This document shows, piece by piece, positions 1-11,046 of a stretch of 14,337 nucleotides of DNA. How positions within the stretch are numbered: position 1 is the first letter of the stretch; each line of letters begins with the position of its first letter. Made by a program: the position numbers and the translations under genes. The DNA comes from a virus, in the UHGV virus genome UHGV-1848636. The stretch is one strand, 5' to 3'. Below the pieces are notes generated by a model. It did not search any database and was not told where the DNA came from. It saw nothing but the letters and a program-made list of their open reading frames with translations.

Positions 1-457
1 TTATTTTATCAGAAGTTAATTATCACTCTGTTGCTATTCAGTACATCCCTGCAGGGTAAAGTCTTGTTTCGCCGGATATGAAGATGAAATATTGTTAGAA
101 GACAGTAGCTACCGGTTCCTGTAACCGAACGTTCATTTCTCGTTATTTTTCATGCTGGCCGGGCGCAGGTGCTTTGCATCTGTTGCCAGCCTTCTCCTGC
201 AGGCTTCAATAACCCATGCCGAAAAATTACCCGATCCCTTACGTTCAAGGGCAATATGGATTTGATTAATCATCTGGTTTGGGAAGCTTTATTTTTTGAT
301 GACATTGTGTTTTTCCGTGTTCAGTGCTGCTGATTTGTATTGTCTTAAGATGTCTTTACGTTAAGTTGACACAGATCAATTAATGCATGACTTGGACAAA
401 ATTGATTATTTGTCGTGGTTTTATGGTGTACGTGGGATGTGTGATGGTATTTATATA

Positions 458-476
458 AATGATAATTATTATCATT
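458..476. repeat. Near-perfect 19-bp palindrome (AATGATAAT-t-ATTATCATT) just upstream of cosQ
   Basis: Read directly: 9-bp inverted arms around a single central base. From memory, lambda has a palindrome of the same form (TGATAAT-c-ATTATCA) at the equivalent place in its right end. Confidence 0.5.
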
Positions 477-480
477 TATT

Positions 481-487
481 GGGTCCT
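481..487 (+). promoter_or_regulatory. cosQ: Putative cosQ (packaging termination element), GGGTCCT
   Basis: GGGTCCT lies about 24 bp upstream of the cohesive-end sequence, matching the position and (from memory) the sequence of lambda cosQ. Exact boundaries are uncertain. Confidence 0.5.
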
Positions 488-510
488 TTCCGGCGATCCG
501 GCAGGCTACG

Positions 511-522
511 GGGCGGCGACCT
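511..522 (+). other. cosN: cosN: 12-nt cohesive-end sequence GGGCGGCGACCT where terminase nicks
   Basis: Exact match to the lambda 12-nt cohesive end, followed by CGCGGGTTTTCGCTATTTATGAAAATTTTCCGG as at the lambda left end. The nick sites flank this segment. Confidence 0.9.
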
Positions 523-553
523 CGCGGGTTTTCGCTATTTATGAAAATTTTCC

Positions 554-690
554 GGGGAAAATCATGTCGGTACTTCTCGAACATAACTATTTGTTTTTTC
601 TAATATCGAATCCGTAAAAGGTCCGACATGAAAACGCCTAAAAAAGTCATTTTCGGGCACTTTCATGTCGGCCCCTGTATTTATTGTGAG
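554..690 (+). promoter_or_regulatory. cosB: cosB-like terminase small-subunit binding region, not lambda-type, with three copies of TCATGTCGG (direct, inverted, direct)
   Basis: Motif TCATGTCGG at 562-570 (+), its reverse complement CCGACATGA at 623-631, and TCATGTCGG again at 663-671. An AT-rich spacer (about 575-620) sits between the first two copies. The region lies between cosN and the Nu1 start, as lambda R3-I1-R2-R1 does, but the sequence is not the lambda cosB I recall. Confidence 0.6.
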
Positions 691-698
691 ACTGTTTC

Positions 699-1218
699 AT
701 GAAGGTTAATAAAAAGAAACTTGCCGAAATTTTCAACGTGGATCCGCGAACGATTGAACGCTGGCAGTCTCAGGGACTCCCTTGTGTCTCCGGAGGTGGT
801 AAGGGCGTTGAATCTGTATTTGATACCGCCATGGCAATTCAGTGGTATGCGCAGAGGGAAGCTGATATCGAAAATGAAAAACTCCGTAAAGAGGTTGAGG
901 ATTACAGGGCTGCCAGTGAGGCAGATCTCCAGCCTGGGACTATTGAGTACGAACGCCATCGACTTACGCGTGCGCAGGCCGACGCACAGGAGCTGAAGAA
1001 TGCCAGAGACTCCGCAGAGGTGGTGGAAACCGCATTCTGTACTTTCGTGCTGTCACGGATCGCAGGTGAAATTGCCAGTATTCTTGACGGGATCCCTCTC
1101 TCGGTACAGCGGCGTTTTCCGGAACTGGAAAACCGACATGTTGATTTCCTGAAACGGGATATCATCAAAGCCATGAACAAAGCAGCCGCGCTGGATGAAC
1201 TGATACCGGGGTTGCTGA

Positions 1219-1244
<26 letters not shown>
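699..1244 (+). CDS. nu1: Terminase small subunit (Nu1), 181 aa; N-terminal winged-HTH DNA-binding domain diverged from lambda, C-terminal part lambda-like
   Basis: ATG at 699, 181 aa as in lambda Nu1, first gene after cos. Residues from about 70 onward ([58 protein letters not shown]...) match lambda Nu1 as I recall it; residues 1-70 are only partly similar. Confidence 0.93.
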
Positions 1245-4925
<3,681 letters not shown>

Positions 4926-4945
<20 letters not shown>

Positions 4946-6245
4946 TCTCCCGCATATTGCCAGCATGGCCTTTAATGAGCCGCTGATGCTTGAACCCGCC
5001 TATGCGCGGGTTTTCTTTTGTGCGCTTGCAGGCCAGCTTGGGATCAGCCGCCTGACGGATGCGGTGTCCGGCGACAGCCTGACTGCCCAGGAGGCACTCG
5101 CGACGCTGGCATTATCCGGTGATGATGACGGACCACGACAGGCCCGCAGTTATCAGGTCATGAACGGCATCGCCGTGCTGCCGGTGTCCGGCACGCTGGT
5201 CAGCCGGACGCGGGCGCTGCAGCCGTACTCGGGGATGACCGGTTACAACGGCATTATCGCCCGTCTGCAACAGGCTGCCAGCGACCCGATGGTGGACGGC
5301 ATTCTGCTCGATATGGACACACCGGGCGGGATGGTGGCGGGAGCATTTGACTGTGCTGACATCATCGCCCGTGTGCGAGACATAAAACCGGTATGGGCGC
5401 TGGCCAACGACATGAACTGCAGTGCAGGTCAGCTGCTTGCCAGCGCCGCCTCCCGGCGTCTGGTCACGCAGACCGCCCGGACAGGCTCCATCGGCGTCAT
5501 GATGGCTCACAGTAATTACGGTGCTGCCCTGGAGAAACAGGGCGTGGAAATCACGCTGATTTACAGCGGCAGCCATAAGGTGGATGGCAACCCCTACAGC
5601 CATCTACCGGGTGATGTCCGGGAAACACTGCAGTCCCGGATGGATGCAACCCGCTGGATGTTTGCGCAGAAGGTGTCGGCATATACCGGCCTGTCCGTGC
5701 AGGCTGTGCTGGATACCGAGGCTGCAGTGTACAGCGGTCAGGAGGCCATTGATGCCGGACTGGCTGATGAACTTGTCAACAGCACCGATGCGATCACCGT
5801 CATGCGTGATGCACTGGATGCACGTAAATCCCGTCTCTCAGGAGGGCGAATGACCAAAGAGACTCAATCAACAACTGTTTCAGCCACTGCTTCGCAGGCT
5901 GACGTTACTGGCGTGGTGCCAGCGATGGAGGGCGAAAACGCCAGCGCGGCGCAGCCGGACGTGAACGCGCAGATCACCGCTGCGGTTGCGGCAGAAAACA
6001 GCCGCATTATGGGGATCCTCAACTGTGAGGAGGCTCACGGACGCGAAGAACAGGCCCGCGTGCTGGCAGAAACCCCCGGTATGACCGTGGAAACGGCCCG
6101 CCGCATTCTGGCCGCAGCACCACAGAGTGCACAGGCGCGCAGTGATACTGCGCTGGATCGTCTGATGCAGGGGGCACCGGCACCGCTGGCTGCAGGTAAC
6201 CTGGCATCTGATGCCGTTAACGATTTGCTGAACACACCAGTGTAA
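4926..6245 (+). CDS. C: Head maturation protease / minor capsid protein gpC, 439 aa (S49/ClpP-like)
   Basis: GTG start at 4926 preceded by AGGAGGA (4914-4920); product VTAELRNLPHIASMAFNEPLMLEPAYARVFF... matches lambda gpC. The 484-aa ORF in the six-frame track is an upstream in-frame extension overlapping B and is not the real start. Confidence 0.9.
5640..6245 (+). CDS. Nu3: Scaffolding protein Nu3, translated from an in-frame internal start within C and sharing its stop
   Basis: In-frame ATG at 5640 (MDATRWMFAQKVSAYTGLSVQ...) sits at the same offset from the C start (714 nt) as in the lambda annotation I recall. No strong Shine-Dalgarno is visible upstream. Confidence 0.6.
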   Translation: MDATRWMFAQKVSAYTGLSVQAVLDTEAAVYSGQEAIDAGLADELVNSTDAITVMRDALDARKSRLSGGRMTKETQSTTVSATASQADVTGVVPAMEGENASAAQPDVNAQITAAVAAENSRIMGILNCEEAHGREEQARVLAETPGMTVETARRILAAAPQSAQARSDTALDRLMQGAPAPLAAGNLASDAVNDLLNTPV

Positions 6246-6254
6246 GGGATGTTT

Positions 6255-6587
6255 ATGACGAGCAAAGAAACCTTTACCCATTACCAGCCGCTGGGCAACA
6301 GTGACCCGGCTCATAGCGCAACTGCGCCCGGCGGATTGAGTGCGAAAGCGCCTGCAATGACCCCGCTGATGCTGGACACCTCCACCCGTAAGCTGGTTGC
6401 GTGGGATGGCACCACCGACGGTGCTGCCGTTGGCATTCTTGCGGTTGCTGCTGACCAGACCAGCACCACGCTGACGTTCTACAAGTCCGGCACGTTCCGT
6501 TATGAGGATGTACTCTGGCCGGAGGCTGCCAGCGACGAGACGAAAAAACGGACCGCGTTTGCCGGAACGGCAATCAGCATCGTTTAA
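6255..6587 (+). CDS. D: Capsid decoration protein gpD, 110 aa
   Basis: [20 protein letters not shown]... matches lambda gpD. The ATG at 6255 is preceded by AAGGGA; the in-frame ATG two codons upstream at 6249 is less likely. Confidence 0.9.
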   Translation: MTSKETFTHYQPLGNSDPAHSATAPGGLSAKAPAMTPLMLDTSTRKLVAWDGTTDGAAVGILAVAADQTSTTLTFYKSGTFRYEDVLWPEAASDETKKRTAFAGTAISIV

Positions 6588-6604
6588 CCTTACCCTTCAT
6601 CACT

Positions 6605-6630
6605 AAAGGCCGCCTGTGCGGCTTTTTTTT
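6605..6630 (+). terminator. Intrinsic-terminator-like hairpin plus T8 run between D and E
   Basis: GCCGC (6609-6613) pairs with GCGGC (6618-6622) across loop CTGT, extendable by A-U and G-U pairs, followed immediately by TTTTTTTT (6623-6630). Confidence 0.45.
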
Positions 6631-6643
6631 ACGGGATTTTTTT

Positions 6644-7669
6644 ATGTCGATGTACACAACCGCCCAGCTGCTGGCGGCAAATGAGCAGAAATTTAAGTTT
6701 GATCCGCTGTTTCTGCGTCTCTTTTTCCGTGAGAGCTATCCCTTCACCACGGAGAAAGTCTATCTCTCACAAATTCCGGGACTGGTAAACATGGCGCTGT
6801 ACGTTTCGCCGATTGTTTCCGGTGAGGTTATCCGTTCCCGTGGCGGCTCCACCTCTGAATTTACGCCGGGATATGTCAAGCCGAAGCATGAGGTGAATCC
6901 GCAGATGACCCTGCGTCGCCTGCCGGATGAAGATCCGCAGAATCTGGCGGACCCGGCTTACCGCCGCCGTCGCATCATCATGCAGAACATGCGTGACGAA
7001 GAGCTGGCCATTGCTCAGGTCGAAGAGATGCAGGCAGTTTCTGCCGTGCTTAAGGGCAAATACACCATGACCGGTGAAGCCTTTGATCCGGTTGAGGTGG
7101 ATATGGGCCGCAGTGCGGCGAACAACATCACACAGTCCGGCGGCACGGAGTGGAGCAAGCGTGACAAGTCCACGTATGACCCGACCGACGATATCGAAGC
7201 CTACGCGCTGAACGCCAGTGGCGTGGTGAATATCATTGTGTTTGACCCGAAAGGCTGGGCGCTGTTCCGTTCCTTCAAAGCCGTCAGGGAGAAGCTGGAT
7301 ACCCGTCGCGGCTCTCATTCCGAACTGGAGACAGCGGTAAAAGACCTGGGCAAAGCGGTGTCTTATAAGGGAATGTATGGCGATGTGGCCATCGTCGTGT
7401 ATTCCGGACAGTACGTGGAAAACGGCGTCAAAAAGAACTTCCTGCCGGACAACACGATGGTGCTGGGTAACACTCAGGCACGCGGTCTGCGCACCTATGG
7501 CTGCATTCAGGATGCGGATGCACAGCGCGAAGGCATTAACGCCTCTGCCCGTTACCCGAAAAACTGGGTGACCACCGGCGATCCGGCGCGTGAGTTCACC
7601 ATGATTCAGTCAGCACCGCTGATGCTGCTGGCTGACCCTGATGAGTTCGTTTCCGTACAACTGGCGTAA
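6644..7669 (+). CDS. E: Major capsid protein gpE, 341 aa
   Basis: 341-aa ORF MSMYTTAQLLAANEQKFKFDPLFLRLFFRESYPFTTEKVYLSQ... is near-identical to recalled lambda gpE. Confidence 0.97.
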   Translation: MSMYTTAQLLAANEQKFKFDPLFLRLFFRESYPFTTEKVYLSQIPGLVNMALYVSPIVSGEVIRSRGGSTSEFTPGYVKPKHEVNPQMTLRRLPDEDPQNLADPAYRRRRIIMQNMRDEELAIAQVEEMQAVSAVLKGKYTMTGEAFDPVEVDMGRSAANNITQSGGTEWSKRDKSTYDPTDDIEAYALNASGVVNIIVFDPKGWALFRSFKAVREKLDTRRGSHSELETAVKDLGKAVSYKGMYGDVAIVVYSGQYVENGVKKNFLPDNTMVLGNTQARGLRTYGCIQDADAQREGINASARYPKNWVTTGDPAREFTMIQSAPLMLLADPDEFVSVQLA

Positions 7670-7672
7670 TCG

Positions 7673-7698
7673 TGGCCCTTCGGGGCCATTTTCTCTCT
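7673..7698 (+). terminator. Stem-loop with UUCG tetraloop and U-rich tail directly after the E stop codon
   Basis: TGGCCC (7673-7678) pairs with GGGCCA (7683-7688) across loop TTCG, followed by TTTTCTCTCT. It lies between E and the FI ribosome-binding site GGAGGAG (7701-7707). Confidence 0.4.
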
Positions 7699-7710
7699 GT
7701 GGAGGAGTTC

Positions 7711-8097
7711 ATGACGAAAGATGAACTGATTGCCCGTCTTCAGGAGCTGGGTGAGCAACTGAACCGTGATGTCAGCCTGACGGGAACGAAAGAAGAACTG
7801 GCGCTCCGTGTGGCAGAGCTGGAAGAGGAGCTTGATGACACTGCCGATCAGGATACCCCTATCAGCCCGGAAAATGCGCTGACCGGACATGAAAATGAGG
7901 TTGTATCAGCGCAGCCGGATACCGTGACTGATACGGCTGATCTGGTCACGGTTGTGGCACTGGTGACGCTGCATACTGATGCACTTCACGCCACGCGGGA
8001 TGACACTGTGGCATTTGTGCTGCCGGGAACGGCGTTCCGTGTCTCTGCCGGTGTGGCAGCCGAAATGACAGAACGCGGCCTGGCCAGAATGCAATAA
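7711..8097 (+). CDS. FI: gpFI, DNA-packaging accessory protein, 128 aa
   Basis: ATG at 7711 preceded by GGAGGAG; MTKDELIARLQELGEQLNRDVSLTGTKEELALRVAELEEEL... matches lambda gpFI. The upstream extension to 7672 in the ORF track overlaps the hairpin and lacks an RBS. Confidence 0.88.
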   Translation: MTKDELIARLQELGEQLNRDVSLTGTKEELALRVAELEEELDDTADQDTPISPENALTGHENEVVSAQPDTVTDTADLVTVVALVTLHTDALHATRDDTVAFVLPGTAFRVSAGVAAEMTERGLARMQ

Positions 8098-8108
8098 CGG
8101 GAGGCGCT

Positions 8109-8462
8109 GTGGCTGATTTCGATAACCTGTTCGATGCTGCCATTGCCCGCGCCGATGAAACGATACGCGGGTACATGGGAACGTCAGCCACCATGACATC
8201 CGGTGAGCAGTCCGGCGCAGTAATACGTGGTGTTTTTGATGACCCTGAAAATATCAGCTATGCCGGACAGGGCGTGCGCGTTGAAGGCTCCAGCCCGTCC
8301 CTGTTTGTCCGGACTGATGATGTGCGGCAGCTGCGGCGCGGCGACACGCTGAGCATCGGTGAGGAAAACTTCTGGATAGACCGGGTTTCGCCGGATGATG
8401 GTGGAAGCTGTCATCTCTGGCTTGGGCGGGGCGTACCGCCTGCCGTTAACCGTCGCCGCTGA
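8109..8462 (+). CDS. FII: gpFII head completion / head-tail connector protein, 117 aa
   Basis: GTG start at 8109 preceded by GGAGG (8099-8103); (M)ADFDNLFDAAIARADETIRGYMG... matches lambda gpFII in length and sequence. Confidence 0.9.
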   Translation: MADFDNLFDAAIARADETIRGYMGTSATMTSGEQSGAVIRGVFDDPENISYAGQGVRVEGSSPSLFVRTDDVRQLRRGDTLSIGEENFWIDRVSPDDGGSCHLWLGRGVPPAVNRRR

Positions 8463-8473
8463 AAGGGGGATGT

Positions 8474-9052
8474 ATGGCCATAAAAGGTCTTGAGCAGGCC
8501 GTTGAAAACCTCAGCCGTATCAGCAGAACGGCGGTGCCCGGTGCCGCCGCAATGGCCATTAACCGCGTTGCTTCATCCGCGATATCGCAGTCGGCGTCAC
8601 AGGTTGCCCGTGAGACAAAGGTACGCCGGAAACTGGTAAAGGAAAGGGCCAGGCTGAAAAGGGCCACGGTCAAAAATCCGCAGGCCAGAATCAAGGTTAA
8701 CCGGGGGGATTTGCCCGTAATCAAGCTGGGGAATGCGCGGGTTGTCCTGTCCCGCCGCAGGCGTCGTAAAAAGGGGCAGCGTTCATCCCTGAAAGGTGGC
8801 GGCAGCGTGCTTGTGGTGGGAAACCGTCGTATTCCCGGCGCGTTTATTCAGCAACTGAAAAATGGCCGGTGGCATGTTATGCAGCGTGTGGCCGGGAAAA
8901 ACCGTTACCCCATTGATGTAGTGAAAATCCCGATGGCGGTGCCGCTGACCACGGCGTTTAAACAGAATATTGAACGGATACGGCGTGAACGTCTTCCGAA
9001 AGAGCTGGGCTATGCGCTGCAGCATCAACTGAGAATGGTAATAAAGCGATGA
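8474..9052 (+). CDS. Z: Tail completion protein gpZ, 192 aa
   Basis: 192-aa ORF preceded by AGGGGGA, in the lambda gpZ position with matching length and sequence. Confidence 0.9.
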   Translation: MAIKGLEQAVENLSRISRTAVPGAAAMAINRVASSAISQSASQVARETKVRRKLVKERARLKRATVKNPQARIKVNRGDLPVIKLGNARVVLSRRRRRKKGQRSSLKGGGSVLVVGNRRIPGAFIQQLKNGRWHVMQRVAGKNRYPIDVVKIPMAVPLTTAFKQNIERIRRERLPKELGYALQHQLRMVIKR

Positions 9053-9444
9053 AACATACTGAACTCCGTGCAGCCGTACTGGATGCACTGGAGAAGCATG
9101 ACACCGGGGCGACGCTTTTTGATGGTCGCCCCGCTGTTTTTGATGAGGAAGATTTTCCGGCAATTGCCGTTTATCTCACCGGCGCTGAATACACGGGCGA
9201 AGAGCTGGACAGCGATACCTGGCAGGCGGAGCTGCATATTGAAGTTTTCCTGCCTGCTCAGGTGCCGGATTCAGAGCTGGATTCGTGGATGGAGTCCCGG
9301 ATTTATCCGGTGATGAGCGATATCCCGGCACTGTCAGATTTGATCACCAGTATGGTGGCCAGTGGCTATGACTACCGGCGCGACGATGATGCGGGCCTGT
9401 GGAGTTCAGCCGATCTGACTTATGTCATTACCTATGAAATGTGA
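9049..9444 (+). CDS. U: Tail terminator protein gpU, 131 aa
   Basis: 131-aa [34 protein letters not shown]... matches lambda gpU. Its ATG overlaps the Z stop (ATGA). Confidence 0.92.
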   Translation: MKHTELRAAVLDALEKHDTGATLFDGRPAVFDEEDFPAIAVYLTGAEYTGEELDSDTWQAELHIEVFLPAQVPDSELDSWMESRIYPVMSDIPALSDLITSMVASGYDYRRDDDAGLWSSADLTYVITYEM

Positions 9445-9451
9445 GGACGCT

Positions 9452-10192
9452 ATGCCTGTACCAAATCCTACAATGCCGGTGAAAGGTGCCGGGACCACCC
9501 TGTGGGTTTATAAGGGGAGCGGTGACCCTTATGCGAACCCGCTTTCAGACGTTGACTGGTCGCGTCTGGCAAAAGTTAAAGACCTGACGCCCGGCGAACT
9601 GACCGCTGAGTCCTATGACGACAGCTATCTCGATGATGAAGATGCAGACTGGACTGCGACCGGGCAGGGGCAGAAATCTGCCGGAGATACCAGCTTCACG
9701 CTGGCGTGGATGCCCGGAGAGCAGGGGCAGCAGGCGCTGCTGGCGTGGTTTAATGAAGGTGATACCCGTGCCTATAAAATCCGCTTCCCGAACGGCACGG
9801 TCGATGTGTTCCGTGGCTGGGTCAGCAGTATCGGTAAGGCGGTGACGGCGAAGGAAGTGATTACCCGCACGGTGAAGGTCACCAATGTGGGACGTCCGTC
9901 GATGGCAGAAGATCGCAGCACGGTGACGGCGACAACCGGCATGACGGTGACACCCGCCAGTGCTTCCGTAGTGAAAGGGCAGAGCACCACGCTGACCGTG
10001 GCATTCCAGCCGGAGGGCGCAACCGACAAGAGCTTCCGTGCGGTGTCTGCGGATAAAACAAAAGCCACCGTGTCGGTCAGTGGTATGACCATCACCGTGA
10101 AAGGTGTTGCTGCAGGCAAGGTCAACATTCCGGTCGTATCCGGTAATGGTGAGTTTGCTGCGGTTGCAGAAATCAACGTCACCGCCAGTTAA
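9452..10192 (+). CDS. V: Major tail tube protein gpV, 246 aa, with C-terminal Ig-like (Big_2-type) domain
   Basis: ATG at 9452 preceded by GAGGA; [31 protein letters not shown]... matches lambda gpV. The C-terminal ~90 residues ([33 protein letters not shown]...VTAS) are Thr/Val-rich beta-strand sequence typical of a Big_2 domain. Confidence 0.93.
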   Translation: MPVPNPTMPVKGAGTTLWVYKGSGDPYANPLSDVDWSRLAKVKDLTPGELTAESYDDSYLDDEDADWTATGQGQKSAGDTSFTLAWMPGEQGQQALLAWFNEGDTRAYKIRFPNGTVDVFRGWVSSIGKAVTAKEVITRTVKVTNVGRPSMAEDRSTVTATTGMTVTPASASVVKGQSTTLTVAFQPEGATDKSFRAVSADKTKATVSVSGMTITVKGVAAGKVNIPVVSGNGEFAAVAEINVTAS

Positions 10193-10207
10193 TCCGGAGA
10201 GTCAGCG

Positions 10208-10630
10208 ATGTTCCTGAAAACCGAATCATTTGAACATAACGGTGTGACCGTCACGCTTTCTGAACTGTCAGCCCTGCAGCGTATTGAGCATCTCGCCCTG
10301 ATGAAACGGCAGGCAGAACAGGCGGAGTCAGACAGCAACCGGAAGTTTACTGTGGAAGACGCCATCAGAACCGGCGCGTTTCTGGTGGCGATGTCCCTGT
10401 GGCATAACCATCCGAAGAAGACAAAGCTGCCTTCCATGAATGAAGCCGTTAAACAGATTGAGCAGGAAGTGCTTACCACCTGGCCCACAGAGGCAATTTC
10501 TCATGCTGAAAACGTGGTGTACCGGCTGTCCGGTATGTATGAGTTTGTGGTGAATGATGCCCCTGAACAGGCAGAGGACGCCGGGCCTGCAGAGCCTGTT
10601 TCTGCGGGAAAGTGTTCGACGGTGAGCTGA
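10208..10630 (+). CDS. G: Tail assembly chaperone gpG, 140 aa (zero-frame product)
   Basis: 140-aa ORF MFLKTESFEHNGVTVTLSELSALQRIEHL... matches lambda gpG. It contains the slippery heptamer GGGAAAG 18 nt before its stop. Confidence 0.92.
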   Translation: MFLKTESFEHNGVTVTLSELSALQRIEHLALMKRQAEQAESDSNRKFTVEDAIRTGAFLVAMSLWHNHPKKTKLPSMNEAVKQIEQEVLTTWPTEAISHAENVVYRLSGMYEFVVNDAPEQAEDAGPAEPVSAGKCSTVS

Positions 10631-11046
10631 GTTTTGCCCTGAAACTGGCGCGCGAGATGGGGCGACCCGACTGGCGTGCCATGCTTGCCGGGATGTCATC
10701 CACGGAGTATGCCGACTGGCACCGCTTTTACAGTACCCATTATTTTCATGATGTTCTGCTGGATATGCACTTTTCCGGGCTGACGTACACCGTACTCAGC
10801 CTGTTTTTCAGCGATCCGGATATGCATCCGCTGGATTTCAGTCTGCTGAACCGGCGCGAGGCTGACGAAGAGCCTGAAGATGTTGTGCTGATGCAGAAAG
10901 CGGCAGGGCTTGCCGGAGGTGTCCGCTTTGGCCCGGACGGGAATGAAGTTATCCCCGCTTCCCCGGATGTGGCGGACATGACGGAGGATGACGTAATGCT
11001 GATGACAGTATCAGAAGGGATCGCAGGAGGAGTCCGGTATGGCTGA
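10208..11046 (+). CDS. G-T: gpGT tail assembly chaperone fusion made by -1 programmed ribosomal frameshift (join 10208..10612, 10612..11046)
   Basis: Slippery site G_GGA_AAG at 10606-10612 is in the G frame. The -1 frame is open from that point to 11046 (T segment, VFDGELSFALKLAREMGRPDW...) and has no ATG or RBS of its own. The arrangement is the same as lambda G/GT. Confidence 0.85.

Noticed and set aside
383-396. Possible fourth terminase-binding repeat (R4-like) upstream of cosN
   Set aside because: Only a partial resemblance to the TCATGTCGG motif (GCATGACTTGG), which is not convincing without binding data.
345-584. 79-aa minus-strand ORF spanning cosQ/cosN
   Set aside because: It crosses the cohesive-end site and conserved packaging signals, has unusual low-complexity composition and no evident RBS. 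It is most likely a chance ORF in AT-rich non-coding DNA.
721-996. 91-aa plus-strand ORF in an alternative frame inside nu1
   Set aside because: It is fully contained in the well-supported Nu1 reading frame, with no independent support.
6249-6254. Alternative D start two codons upstream (MFMTSK...)
   Set aside because: The ATG at 6255 has better Shine-Dalgarno spacing (AAGGGA) and gives the expected MTSKETF N-terminus. The ATG at 6249 overlaps the RBS itself.
7672-7710. Upstream extension of FI to 141 aa
   Set aside because: The extension covers the post-E hairpin and the FI ribosome-binding site. ATG 7711 preceded by GGAGGAG is the credible start.
10612-11046. T as an independently initiated gene (six-frame ORF drawn from GTG 10612)
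   Set aside because: There is no RBS upstream, and the GTG lies inside the slippery heptamer. By analogy with lambda, this frame is reached only by -1 frameshifting from G.
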